Source: Macrostomum lignano (lineage: Eukaryota). From it: DNA of 64,000 bases. Positions 1-36,482 of this stretch are shown here, piece by piece. The position numbers were made by a program, and so were the translations under genes. Where the stretch lies: contig NIVC01002672.1 in assembly GCA_002269645.1 (NCBI GenBank), forward strand, positions 17,943 to 81,942, read 5' to 3'. Each line of letters opens with the position of its first letter. The first letter of the stretch is position 1. The notes under the pieces were generated by a model that was not told the origin of the DNA, ran no database searches, and saw nothing but the letters and a program-made list of their open reading frames with translations.

Positions 1-665
1 GTGAAATTAGATGAAGGGAGGAACATGTAAGAGTGAAATTAGATGAAGGGAGGAGGAACAGGTGAGAGTGAAATGAGAAGGGAGGAACAGGTGAGAGGAG
101 AAATGAGAAGGGAGGAACAGGTGAGGGGAACAGGTGAGAGGAGAAATGAGAAGGGAGAAACAGGTGAGAGGAGAAATGAGAAGGGAGAAACAGGTGAGAG
201 GAGAAATGAGAAGGGAGAAACAGGTGAGAGGAGAAATGAGAAGGGAGAAACAGGTGAGAGGAGAAGTGAGAAGGGAGGAACAGGTGAGAGGAACAGGTGA
301 GAGGAACAGGTGAGAGGAGAAATGAGAAGGGAGGAACAGGTGAGAGGAGAAATGAGAAGGGAGGAACAGGTGAGAGGAACAGGTGAGAGGAACAGGTGAG
401 AGGAGAAATGAGAAGGGAGGAACAGGTGAGAGGAACAGGTGAGAGGAGAAATGAGAAGGGAGGAACAGGTGAGAGGAGAAATGAGAAGGGAGGAACAGGT
501 GAGAGGAGAAATGAGAAGGGAGGAACAGGTGAGAGGAGAAATGAGAAGGGAGGAACAGGTGAGAGGAGAAATGAGAAGGGAGGAACAGGTGAGAGGAGAA
601 ATGAGAAGGGAGGAACAGGTGAGAGGAGAAATGAGAAGGGAGGAGCCAGTGAAAAGTGAAAGGAG
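1..665. repeat. Purine-rich minisatellite, 30-bp unit GAGAGGAGAAATGAGAAGGGAGGAACAGGT (probably intronic in the Roco-like gene)
   Basis: About 20 near-identical units, running off the left edge. ORFs 43..300, 396..659 and 439..684 are translations of the repeat. Confidence 0.95.
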
Positions 666-1011
666 TGAGAGAAAGGTGAAATAAGATACAAAGTGGCTGG
701 AAAGGAGGAAAGCGGAAATCGATTCCCAGGACAGTGGAAACGATGAAGCGGGGTTTTCACTCAGTCCCAGTTCAGGTGGCCCTGCAGTGGGGTCTCGGCC
801 CAGCTTAGCATAAATCTTCTTTCAGCGCATCGCAGCCCGGCAGCCACCCACACGCAAGCAGCCGGACTGCTTTTGGCTTTGGTCTTGACCCTTATGTGAA
901 ATTTTTCCTTAACATGAGATTCGATGCACTTTAATTCGAATCCGCTGTTTCATGTTTTTTATAAATTCTGAAAGCAGTCGCAGATAAATAAACTAAAGAA
1001 TTTGAAACCTG

Positions 1012-2050
1012 GTGAGATTGGTACCTAATCTAGAGATATTGATATCTAGTCTAGTGAGATTAGCATCTAGTCTAGTGAGATTGGCATCTAGTCTAGTGAG
1101 ATTAGCATCTAGTCTAGTGAGATTAGCATCTAGTCTGGTGAGATTGGCATCTAGTCTAGTGAGATTAGCATCTAGTCTAGTGAGATCTAGTCTAGTGAGA
1201 TTGGCATCTAGTCTAGTGAGACTGGTATCTAGTCTAGTGATATTGGCATCTAGTCTAGTGAGATTAGCCTCTATTCTAGTGAGATTGGCATCTAGTCTAG
1301 TGAGATTAGCCTCTATTCTAGTGAGATTGGCATCTAGTCTAGTGAGAAGATTGGTATCTAAACTAGTGAGATTGGTATCTAGTCCAGTGAGATTGGTATC
1401 TAGTCTAGTGAGATTGGTATCTAGTCCAGTGAGATTGGCATCTAGTCTAGTGAGATTAGCATCGAGTCTAGTAAGATCGGTATCTAGTCTAGTGAGATCG
1501 GTATCTAGTCTAGTGAGATCGGTATCTATCTAGTGAGATTGGTATCTAGTCTAGTGAGATTGGTATCTAGTCTAGTAAGATTGGTATCTAGTCTAGTGAG
1601 ATTGGTATCTAGTCTAGTGAGATTGGCATCTAGTCTAGTGAGATTGGTATCTATCTAGTGAGATTGGTATCTAGTCTAGTGAGATTGGTATCTAGTCTAG
1701 TGAGATTATGGTATCTATCTAGTGAGATTGGTATCTAGTCTAGTGAGATTGGTATCTAGTCTAGTGAGATCGGTATCTATCTAGTGAAATTGGTGAAATT
1801 GGTATCTATCTAGTGAGATCGGTATCTAGTCTAGTGAGATTGGTATCTAGTCTAGTGAGATTATGGTATCTATCTAGTGAGATTATGGTATCTATCTAGT
1901 GAGATTGGTATCTAGTCTAGTGAGATTGGTATCTAGTCTAGTAAGATTGGTATCTAGTCTAGTGAGATTGGTATCTAGTCTAGTGAGATTGGCATCTAGT
2001 CTAGTGAGATTGGTATCTAGTCTAGTGAGATTGGTATCTAGTCTAGTAAG
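1012..2050. repeat. Minisatellite, 21-bp unit GTGAGATTGGTATCTAGTCTA
   Basis: About 48 slightly variable units. The (SSLVRLV)n ORFs are repeat artefacts. Confidence 0.95.
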
Positions 2051-2139
2051 ATTATGGTTAAAAGCATGTAATTCATTGAGAAAAGCATCTAATCTAGTGA
2101 GAAAAGCATCTAATCTACCGAACCGAACAACCCCGGCAG

Positions 2140-3982
2140 ATCGGCATGATGTCGCTCGGTCATCCAAAGGTGAACTTCCAAGCTGCCAGCGAATCCTGCT
2201 ACGACGCTCTGCTGAGCGCGGTGACGGAGACGCTGGAGAGGTACTACCCCATCAAACGGCCGGACAGCAAGGACAGTCTCCGCAAGCGGCGCAAAAGCAG
2301 CCTGAGCAGTCCGGGCGGAGGTGGCGCCATGTTCCAGGTGATGCATTTTCTCTTGACTGGTTACCTATCTAGTACGAGATAATGATGGAGAGATAATGAT
2401 TTTCTGGAGGGCTAGGGGCGCCCTGACGCAGCTTCGGTGACAACTGTCACAGTACATGAGCACACAAGCGCGTCAATGTTGTACGCAGACACGCACTCAT
2501 GCACACTGGGTGCACAGCGGCTCCTGACTGAAAACCGGCATGATATCCGAAAAACTACTTAAAGTAGAAAGTAAATAAATAACTGTTATTTTTTCTGTTC
2601 CTAATTGGAAAACTGTCAAACATGGCTACAGGAACTGATCGAGCTCGCCCAGCGCAAAGTCTACCGCCAGTTCTCCGGATTTCTCGACACGGCCGAGCAG
2701 TTTCCCTGCCTCATCGTGGCCGACATCTATACTGACTCTGTGAGTAGGCTCTGCCATTTCCCAGTCTACCATTTCCCAGTCTACCATTTCCCAGTCTACC
2801 ATTTCCCAGTCTACCATTTCCCAGTCTACCATTTCCCAGTCTACCATTTCCCAGTCTACCATTTCCCAGTCTACCATTTCCCAGTCTACCATTTCCCAGT
2901 CTACCATTTCCCAGTCTACCATTTCCCAGTCTACCATTTCCCAGTCTACCATTTCCCAGTCTACCATTTCCCAGTCTACCATTTCCCAATCTACCGTTTT
3001 AGTCTGCCTGACAAGCTCTCCATCAATTTCCCAACCAATCATCCCTGTCGTCTCGGCCACTCCGCAGGACAACCCGGCCGACAGCCCGGACAAGACCGAG
3101 TTCTCCGCCGTGGCCGCCTTCGCCGACGACGCGGCCGCGGACGAGCCGCCGCTGTCTGACGACGGCGTCGAAGACGAGCCCCGCTTCCAGTTCCGGTTCC
3201 GCCTGCTCTGCGAGCACGAGGGCGGCTGGCATGCGGCCCCAGGCGCCGGCCTGCCGCTCCGCCTCGGCCGGGACGCCGCCCTGCAGCTGCTGGGAGGCCT
3301 GGCGCCGCTGCTGCTCCGCCTGGCGCTGGTCCTCCGGCACAGCCGGCGCTCCGGCCTGGACACCGCGGCCGACCCCGTGGCCGGCGGCCGCCTGCTCGAT
3401 CACTTGCGCGCGGCAGCTGAGCGCGCCGGGCCCGAGGCCGACCTGCGTCAGCTGCACGCGGCGCTGCGCCAGCACCTGCGCCGCCGGGACCCGGGCATCG
3501 CTGCCGGCCTACGCCGCTGCCACCTGCCGTCAGGAAAAATCCTCTGGCTGTGCCCGGAGCACCAGAGCCAGCCGAGGACCGTCGTGCTGGCGGACGCCGC
3601 CACGGCCGTCCCTGCTGCTGACGCTGGTGACACTGCGGAGGACGAGGAGGAGGAGCTGCTGGCGCAGGTGTTGTCGGTGGTCGGCAGCGGCGCCGTCGCG
3701 TCTGTCGCTGCTGAATCGGCGGCTGCCGAGGCGGCCGAGCAGTCCAGCTCCAAGCGCAAGCTGGCCGTCGCTGGCCTCGGCCGCATCGACGAAGCCGTCG
3801 AGTCGCCCGAGCCGTCGGCCTCGGCTGCGTCCTCCGCTGCGGCGGCGGCGGCTGCGACGGCGGCGACACCCGTGAAGGATGCGCGGCAAGGCAGAGTGGG
3901 CAGCCCCCCGAGCGTAAGGAAGCGGCCGTTCAGCGCGCCGGCCGGGCAGGGCCAGAAGAGCCGCGCCTGCCAGCTGCTGTGA
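2140..3982 (+). CDS. 3' part (last three exons seen) of a probable Roco-family (LRR-Roc-COR-type) protein with C-terminal CaaX box
   Basis: Exons 2140-2337, 2632-2739 and 3068-3982 have AG/GT ends and are all phase 0, giving 406 aa. Motifs FPCLIV, FRLLCEHEGGWH and GLRRCHLPSGKILWLCPEH resemble, from recall, the region C-terminal to COR in Roco-type proteins. Ends KSRACQLL*. 5' exons were not found in the window. Confidence 0.6.
2410..2520 (-). mobile_element. Degenerate 3' fragment related to the SINE family at 21261/47531
   Basis: Reverse complement reads GTGTGCATGAGTGCGTGTCTGCGTAC...CTTGTGTGCTC...GTGACAGTTGTC...GCGTCAGGGCGC, which resembles the SINE 3' half. Aligned by eye only. Confidence 0.35.
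2752..2998. repeat. Intronic minisatellite, 15-bp unit CCATTTCCCAGTCTA
   Basis: About 16 perfect units starting about 13 bp after the donor at 2740. Confidence 0.95.
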
Positions 3983-4019
3983 GGCGCGGACTGGGGGGGG
4001 GGAATTCTGGATGGGACTT

Positions 4020-5028
4020 AGCGATTTAGAATGAGAAGAGATTTAGAAGAGATTTAGAATGAGATTAGAGATTCATAATGAGATTCAGATATTCAGAATG
4101 AGATTCAGAGATTCAGAATGAGATTCAGAGATTCAGAATGAGATTCAGAGATTCAGAATGAGATTCAAAATGAGATTCAGAGTGAGATTCAAAGATTCAG
4201 ATAGAGATTTAGAGATTCAGAATGAGATTCAAAATGAGATTCATAGATTCAGAACGAGATTCAGAGATTCAGATTGAGATTCAGAGATTCAGAATGAGAT
4301 TCAGAGATTCAGAATGAGATTAGAGATTGAGAATGAGATTCGGAGATTTAGACTGAGATTCAGAGATTCAGAATGAGGTTCAGCGATTCAAAATGAGATT
4401 CGGAGATTTAGACTGAGATTCAGAGATTCAGAGATTCAGAGTGAGATTCAGAGATTCACAATGAGATTCAGAGATTCAGAATGAGATTCAGAGATTCAGA
4501 ATGAGATTCAGAGATTCAGAATGAGATTCAGAGATTCAGAAATAAGATTCAGAGATTCAGAATGAGATTAGAGATTGAGAATGAGATTCGGAGATTTAGA
4601 CTGAGGTTCAGAGATTCAGAATGAGATTCAGAGATTCAGAATGAGGTTCAGAGATTCAAAATGAGATTCGGAGATTTAGACTGAGCTTCAGAGATTCAGA
4701 GATTCACAATGAGATTCAGAGATTCAGAATGAGATTCAGAGATTCAGAATGAGATTCGGAGATTCAGAATGAGGTTCAGAGATTCAGAGTGAGATTCAGA
4801 GATTCAGAGACTCAGAGTGAGATTCAGAGATTCAGAGATTCAGAGTGAGATTCAGAGATTCAGAATGAGATTCAGAGATTCACAATGAGATTCAGAGATT
4901 CAGAATGAGATTAGAGATTCAGAATGAGATTCGGAGATTCAGAATGAGATTCAGAGATTCACAATGAGATTCAGAGATTCAGAATGAGATTCAGAGACTC
5001 AGAATGAAATTCAGAGATTTAGACTGAG
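4020..5028. repeat. Minisatellite, about 20-bp unit GAGATTCAGAGATTCAGAAT (8+12 subunits)
   Basis: About 1 kb array directly downstream of the stop at 3982. Confidence 0.95.
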
Positions 5029-5660
5029 AGTATCAATAAAACTGTTTTCATGTTAAAAGATGGGCTGAAAACGTTATACACAGTAATTAATCATTTGACT
5101 TTTCCACTTTTGTCTAATCCGCGCACTCGTAGCAGATTTTTACTCAGCCAACAAAGCCTTAATCAATATTTTATCGTTTATCAGCCAACCAGTTATCATA
5201 TTTACATAAATGTTGTGCCTTGTGACCTTTTTGCAGTCCGAAGCTCATTTGCCTGGCACTGTTGGTTGAGTAAAACAAAAAAGATTTGTTATACCTTTCA
5301 AAATCTAGCTTTTAAAATTAGTGAAGCTCCGAGACACGGTTCAAGACTGCCCTGCTCCTCCATTGTGCTTCGCAAGCTGACGATAAATTCTAGCTGTGAT
5401 TTCCTGGCGGTTCTCTGATTTCAATTTTTTTAATTTTTTGTCTGCAGCGCATGATGAGCTCGGCCGCGATGTAGCAGCTTTGCCTTACACAGAAATATAT
5501 ACTGAAATATTTATATTGATAACTTTTAACTGATTTATAAGTTATATTACTATAGTATTTGATTTTAATTAGCTCTCGGAGCAGCTTAGTGGGTATGGCG
5601 TTGGTTCGATTCCGTGAGCAGCAAAATTTTTTGTTACAATTAATAAGGGTCTTTAGTAGT

Positions 5661-5733
5661 GGCTCTTGAGAACGCACAGGGCTGATTGGGTTTTTTCCAT
5701 AGACAAATTGCGTCGAGAGAAATGCAATTCCTC
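5661..5733 (+). repeat. Dispersed repeat fragment, second copy at 14278-14353
   Basis: GAGAACGCACAGGGCTGATTGGGTTTTTTCCATAGACAAATT versus GAAAACGCACAGCGCTGAATTGGGTTTTCGCCATAGACAAAATT, roughly three-quarters identical by eye. Confidence 0.6.
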
Positions 5734-6388
5734 AAAAGAATGCTAAATTCACTACTGCAGCGATGCGACTAAAATATACGATCGACGTTCTTTACTGGCT
5801 CATTTCTAAGAAAGCCAAGTGTACCGTCTTTCCACTTAGTACTTCAACTGTCCATGGTTCTGAATAAGCGCAAGTTTTTAAAACAACTTACAGCACTACT
5901 CAGAGAAACAGCATAGAAATAAATGAATGAAAACAAAGGTTCGAAATTCGAATTAAAACAAAGGCATAACACTTTCAATTTATTTAGGCACTAGGAACAG
6001 AGAATATTCAAATAGAAGTTTCTGCTCAAGATACAAGGTTGACTCTGTTACATTGTTTAATGTACTTTACCAGCTTACCAATCATCTTACCTGGTTGAGT
6101 GTGATTCTACCGGATATTTTGGTCGAAGTTTTGTACAAAGATTTAAGATACATTTTCAAATGCAATACGTCATTACGTAAAAAACTTACTAAAATAATGG
6201 GATGAAGTCTTCTTTGCAGCCAGGAAATTACGCGCGTCGTGTATAAAAGCTTGGCATGAAAAAATTACTCCGAAAACAAATTAATAGCGAAGAGAGGATC
6301 GAATATCCGTCATGCACTTACCAGACCAGATCGTGTTGGAGCTCTCTGACGTCGCCGATTGAGTGATCGGATTGAAAATCGTGGAATA

Positions 6389-16693
<10,305 letters not shown>

Positions 16694-18182
16694 TTTTTCT
16701 AAACTTGTCGTAGTCCTGCAGCTGCGCTGTTGCCGATAAAACTGCCGGAAGAGAGGAAAGCGGGGAAGAGCCGGGGCTCAGAATGCTTCTTAAATGTGAA
16801 AAGAGCAGCCGTTGTCTAATTGGCTGACGAGCTCCTGCACTCGCCACTTGAGGACAGCGCTCTGTCTTGGTTGCCTTGGAGACTTGGTAAAGCTTTCGGC
16901 TAAACTCCAGAAATTGCTCCTCATGGCTGGGAGCAGGGGAGAGACTGGCAGAGACTGCAAGGGGAAGAAGGTTTGTGGGTAAGGTGTAGAGCCAAGAAGT
17001 CGCATAGCTGGGTATTTGGTTTCGATATCAAAACACTTTACTGAATTTTCGTCATAAAACGTTCACCGAATTGATTTCAATAATTACTAATGATGCAAAA
17101 GATTTCATGATTCAGGCAATGATGTTCTGCTCACAGATTTTATGAATTCGCTAAGCACCGAATTCCTGGCCCAGCAGTGGTAAAACTTCCCTTCTGCAGT
17201 GCTCGGGAGCAAACGTGCAGCTGCTTGTTGATAATGAGAAGGAATGACAGGGCGGTGAAACTGCTTCAGTGAGTCTGTAAAAATATTGAAGTGGTTAATA
17301 GGCTTTGGCGCTGGGCGAAGGCTTGTCCTTTGTTCCTGCCCCCTCATCTCCAGCTTCCTGCTTTCCAGCCTCTGCGCTATTGTGACGGGCTTCTGGAGTT
17401 GGTTCCATTGTTTAGATGGGAACTATCTATCTTGGGGTATTCAAGAGTCGCCTATTCAGCAAAACCATTCGACCGAGACGCGGAAACTATCGACTGTTTA
17501 GGAGAAGGTAAGGCAGACAAACCCCATAAGCGTCTCCCATCGTGGATCCCCGAGGCAACCGTTTCAGTTGAACAACAAAGCCGATGCTGCAGGTTAACGC
17601 GAGAGTTTGTCTATTTCTATTGACGTGGGGAGCACAGCGAAGCCCTTCTAGATCTGTAGCTCATGCAGTCTTTTTTTGTAGAGACAAGAAAAAACTTCCC
17701 TCTCGAGCTAAAGTAATTTCCAGCCAAATGTAAGAGAGCCGTCAAGCTGAAAGCATTCCCTGTAGCGATTCTGCGATGGTGCCCCACTAATTGTAGCAAT
17801 CGGAAGAAACTTTCCTAGAATATTAAAAGGAAAAGGCAAATACACGATCAGTAATTATTCACACAGCTTTAATGAACTTTCTCATTTTATCTGAGCTATA
17901 AAGTCGTAACTACTGGCACAAGTAGACAGTAGATACACGTAACTACATTGCATGTACATGTAAATGTCGAGATGCCGTACTGCTTACTCTAATGTACATG
18001 TACTTACAAGTTGTTGTCGCTGATTTTGGAAGCCTGCATTACACAAACCAGAATGTGAATAAAAATTCCAGAGTAAAATTAATCTAGCCGAAGAGTACAA
18101 TAAAAAATTCAGAATTTTGAAACCATACGCTTTCATTTACATGCATAATTATTAAATGCATGCAGCATGGCTACTAGCAAAC

Positions 18183-18543
18183 CTGGGTTTTTTTTCGTCC
18201 GAAATCTAGTTGCCAAATGGCAACTGGAGCTCAAAATCTAGTTGCCAATTGCCATCCTCAGTTGCCAACTGGCAACTGACTTATTTCAGTGTCCCACTTT
18301 ATAAAGTTGTTTTTGCAACAATTTTCACGCATTGACGAAAAAATAATATGCTCAAATCAGCTCAGGCTTCAGGTTTTCAGCCAAGCCAATCTTAGCAGTA
18401 ATAAAATGTGACAGACTGTTTTATCATTGGCAACTGCCTTGGTTCAAGTTGGTTGCCAGATTGGCCTCTGATGCCACAAATCCAGTTGCCAATGGCTTTT
18501 TGGGTAGCCGGACGTGGCTACCGTATGGCCTAAAAAAACCCAG
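18183..18543. mobile_element. MITE (about 360 bp), hAT-like
   Basis: TIRs CTGGGTTTTTTT / AAAAAAACCCAG. Flanks CTAGCAAAC and CTAGCAAC form a near-perfect TSD of about 8 bp. Multiple internal AGTTGCCAA / TGGCAACT motifs. Confidence 0.75.
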
Positions 18544-19109
18544 CTAGCAACAAAGACCGTTCAAAACTAGCTTAAATTGAGGATTCAATCTAAGTTAAAC
18601 AGAATCGTGTCCAGAAATATTTCATACAGTTACAGAAGCAATAATTATAAAATTCAAAGATTCAACAACCAATAAATAACTTTGCAAGCACGCCAAACGT
18701 GTCCTAAGGTTTAGAACGAAGTCTTCGAAATAAAGACAATACTTGTTTAAATCAAAAGCATGCCTGTTTTATCATAGAATATTTACTAATGTATTGCTAA
18801 CGTCAGAACCGCAGAAAATATATTGCAATATTTTAATGCCTTTTTTCTCTAATTTGTGCTGAGTTTAACGGCTGCTAAAAGTTGATAACTTCTGAAATGC
18901 TGTCATTCCAAGAAACTAACAATTTGTATGATATGGTATATATAAGCTCACGAATTTTGGTTAGAAGCTATAGCACTAATATAGCACTAGTACATGTTGG
19001 CTACGTATCGTCTGTTATTTACTCATTGCTCATTGGTTTATTTTTGGTTAATTAATAAGTAATTTTTTTATAATTTAATCATAATAATCTTGTGGGCAGG
19101 AAGATCAAC

Positions 19110-21003
19110 ATGACAACTAATAGCTCATCTATTACCCATGCAATTTTTGACATGGATGGACTTCTAATTGGTAAATAAAACACTATTGTATTAGAAGCTT
19201 AGATTAAGCCAATTTTCTATCTGCATACTGTTTCTTCCATTTCAGATTCAAATTCAAGAATTATACCTACTAAAATATAGAACCTAAGCCTAATTAATTT
19301 TAATTTGCCTTTTAGACACTGAGTCTGTTTATACAGATTGTTACAATAAATTTTGTGCTCAATTTGGCAAGCAATTTACTTGGGAAATCAAGCAGAAGCA
19401 AATGGGAAGGCCACCAAATGAATCTGCAAAAATAATAATTGGTAAATAATGCAACTTATGCTAGTGCAAGTCACTATTGATAAGTAGCTATATCATGTGA
19501 TTTATATTTTGTATAATAGCTAAAAAGTATGTTGTCAATGTGATAAAAAGTATTAAAATTGCTTTTATGCATTTAAATGAATAATAAGTCAATGTATTAG
19601 TAAGTTGTATATAAATTAATCAAATGACAAACAAAAAATTCTATACTTGATAATTATTTGTTATACTTGTTAATTAAAAAAGCTATCTTGGATCTTGGAA
19701 AATATTTAAATGATCATCTTTTCAGACCATCTTGACTTGCCCATCACAGTGGAACAGCATCATGAAATGATCAATACAATGTTGCTAAAGGAGTTTCCCC
19801 ATAGCAAGATAATGCCAGGTAAACTTTTAAATATTTTAAGCTGTTTGAAAATTTAGCAAAGTTAAACTCTTATCTTAATCCGATTGTAGCCATATTTGAA
19901 AAACCTAGGCAATGTGTTTTCCCACAAAATTGTGATTTTTAAGTAAATGGCAATAGCTATAACTGTCTTAGCATACATATATAAATGCCTCATCATCTAA
20001 TTGGAGCTATGTAGATTGTAGAACCTGTACAAAACTTATATTTCTTAGAAATAAGTGATACATTGATTAGTTCCAGAAGCTATCCATCAAAACCCCAAGG
20101 CTATGGGCTCCAATAGGGCTAATCTACTAAGATCCCCATCTACACAGGTGTGAACTGTCTCCTGGAGCACCTGTGGCAGCACCAGGTGCCCATGTGCATT
20201 GCTACTGGGTCGGACCAGACTGGCTTTGATGTCAAAGTTGGCGGCCGGCCGGAGTTGCTGAGCAAATTCCATCACTGGGTGCTGGCCGGCAGCGACCCAG
20301 CTGTGGGCCATGGCAAGCCAGCGCCCGACTGCTTCCTGGTGGCCGCTGACAGGTTCGACCCGACCCCGATTGACCCGGCCAGAGTGCTGGTCTTCGAGGA
20401 CGCGCCAAATGGCGTTGAGGCCGCCCTGGCCGCCGGCATGAAGGTGGGTCCTCGGCGTGGCCTTCCGGGTCAAACAGATCTTGGTTTAAATTGGCTACGC
20501 TCATGTTGCATCAAGTCAGGTCAGATCTAGTCAAAGTCAAGTCAGCTCAATCAATATCAGGGAAAGTCAGGTGAGGTGAGGTCAGATCAGGTCAGGTCAA
20601 GTCGGGTCAGGTCAGGTATGTCAGGAGTCAGGTCAGTCGAGGTCAAGGTCAGGTTAAGTCGGAACCAGCCAGGTAAGAACGGGTCATGTCAAGTCAAATC
20701 AGATTCGGTCGTCAAGTCACGACCGAGGTCGGGTTCTAATTATGATTTCGTTTTAAGACGTTCGTAGCAATCAATCGTTACTTTTTACTTTAAACTGTTC
20801 CTTCCTTTTTATATTACTTTGACTAGTAGCAAGTATCGTTCTATTTATTTTAACTCCGGCAGGTGGTCTGGTGCCCGGATCCGCGCGCCGACACCTCGGT
20901 TCACGCGGGCAACCCGAGCGTGACTGTGCTCCGGTCGCTGGAAGATTTTCAGCCGGAAACTTTCGGCTTACCGCCGTTTCCCACTGGAGACCCCAGCGAG
21001 TGA
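19110..21003 (+). CDS. PUDP: HAD-superfamily hydrolase, pseudouridine-5'-phosphatase (HDHD1/GS1) type, 238 aa
   Basis: Exons 19110-19170, 19316-19441, 19726-19818, 20148-20443 and 20863-21003 join in frame (717 nt). Motifs AIFDMDGLLIDTESVY, FTWEIKQKQMG, IATGS, GKPAPDCF, VFEDAPNGVEAALAAGM, SLEDFQPETFGLPPF. Confidence 0.92.
20510..20735. repeat. Degenerate (GGTCA)n repeat in intron 4 of PUDP
   Basis: Direct pentamer repeats. Confidence 0.8.
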
Positions 21004-21260
21004 CAGTTTATAGCTGTGGCCTTGCTGCCGACGGCTTTTGCACTGTGCAGTCCTCAGACTTTCCTGCCTATATATTAAAGCAATTCAATTCACTCTGCAT
21101 AGTCAGTGTTGAAATAAATGTTAGAACCAATTTAGCTTATTAAAAATGACACTGCCTTATGGGCCCCGACTTTGCTACGGATGTCTCAGGAGCTTTTGGT
21201 GTTTTATGTTTTCGCACGATGTGCGAGTCCATCGGCCTTATGCATCACAAACTTTGTGGC

Positions 21261-21634
21261 GGCGTAGCCCAGTGGTCCGGCGCGGCGCTCTGATGTGCCA
21301 GCGGCCCAGGGTCGATTCCAAGTGCAGTCAAATTAATAATTTGGGGATAAATTGGAATCTCGGCTTGGCTCTGCTTGTGTAAATAACGTCCTTGATGGCC
21401 AACCCCCAAGGCACAGTGAAGTGTACATGCCTAACGATAAATTAAGTTAGGGCCGCTTTACACTTCTGTGTGAGTGTGTGCCTGTGCGAATGACTGCGTA
21501 CGTATCCTTACGCAATTGTGTGCCTGCTCAGGGGAGTCGGCGGAATGGGCAGTAATGCCTCTCGCCGGTTGTGTGACAATGTCGCTTAAAGTGCGCCAGG
21601 GTGCACGCAGCCTCCTGCTTCTACATGTAACTAC
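21261..21634 (+). mobile_element. tRNA-derived SINE, family 1 (longer copy)
   Basis: A-box TAGCCCAGTGG and B-box GGTCGATTCC. A highly similar copy of about 280 bp lies at 47531. Confidence 0.82.
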
Positions 21635-21654
21635 GAGGAAAAACTAACGATCAC

Positions 21655-21950
21655 AAACTTCCCCATCTGGAAACTTCACAATCTGGAAGCTTCACAGACT
21701 GAAAACTTCACAATCTGGAAACTTCCCAAACTGGAAACTTCCCAAACTGGAAACTTCATAATCTGGAAACTTCATAAACTGGAAACCTCACAATCTGGAA
21801 GCTTCACAATCTGGAAACTTCATAAACTGGAAACTTCCCAAACTGGAAACTTCCCAAACTGGAAACTTCATAAACTGGAAACTTCCCAAACTGGAAACTT
21901 CCCAAACTGGAAACTTCCTAAACTGTAAACTTCGCAATCCAGAAACTTCA
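21655..21950. repeat. Minisatellite, 16-bp unit CTGGAAACTTCCCAAA
   Basis: About 18 units. Confidence 0.9.
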
Positions 21951-22476
21951 CATCGTCAAAATTGTCAAGTTTTGAATTGGACGCAAGACTTTTCTATATC
22001 TATAGAGGAAATTCTCTTTTTAATTTTTAAAGTTCTCAATTTCTCCAGTTGAACCGACTTTAAGCGTGTTTGCAATGCCCTGCTTTTTGCTATGCTTTCC
22101 GGGCCAATGGCTACCAGGGCCACGAACTCGCCAGCTCTGATTGGCTGAGGGCCCCAGATTAATACTGCTTCAGCACCCGCCTCTCTGAACCCTATACTGA
22201 CCTCATGCTGTCGTCTGCCACGAAATCGCAAACCGAGTTTCAATCCGCAGGGTCAACACTGAGCCAGGCTCTGCGACCCCCTTGCAGACTCTCCCCAATT
22301 TGGCTGATATTGGAATGATTCAATCTCAGCAGCGCCATCATTAGCCAGCCCTATTGAGTCTCTCGCGGATAATATATTTGGCAACGAGGAGTCTGCGGCA
22401 GCTCGGCATTGCCAACGGCATCTGCTAGCAGCCCGTGTCGATCTGTGATCATTCTTAGCTCTGCTCTTGACCAACA

Positions 22477-36482
<14,006 letters not shown>

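Noticed and set aside
3023-3889. Long antisense and alternate-frame ORFs over the Roco-like exon (likewise over the IAP, prominin and stereocilin-like exons)
   Set aside because: Expected shadows of high-GC coding sequence, with low-complexity Arg/Ala/Pro translations.
5573-5640. tRNA gene (AGCTTAGTGG ... GGTTCGATTCC)
   Set aside because: The A and B boxes are too close, with no anticodon arm. At most a SINE-head remnant.
16700-17830. Cluster of short ORFs upstream of the lectin gene as another gene
   Set aside because: No recognisable motif and no phase-consistent exon chain. More likely UTR or promoter, though a non-coding transcript cannot be excluded.
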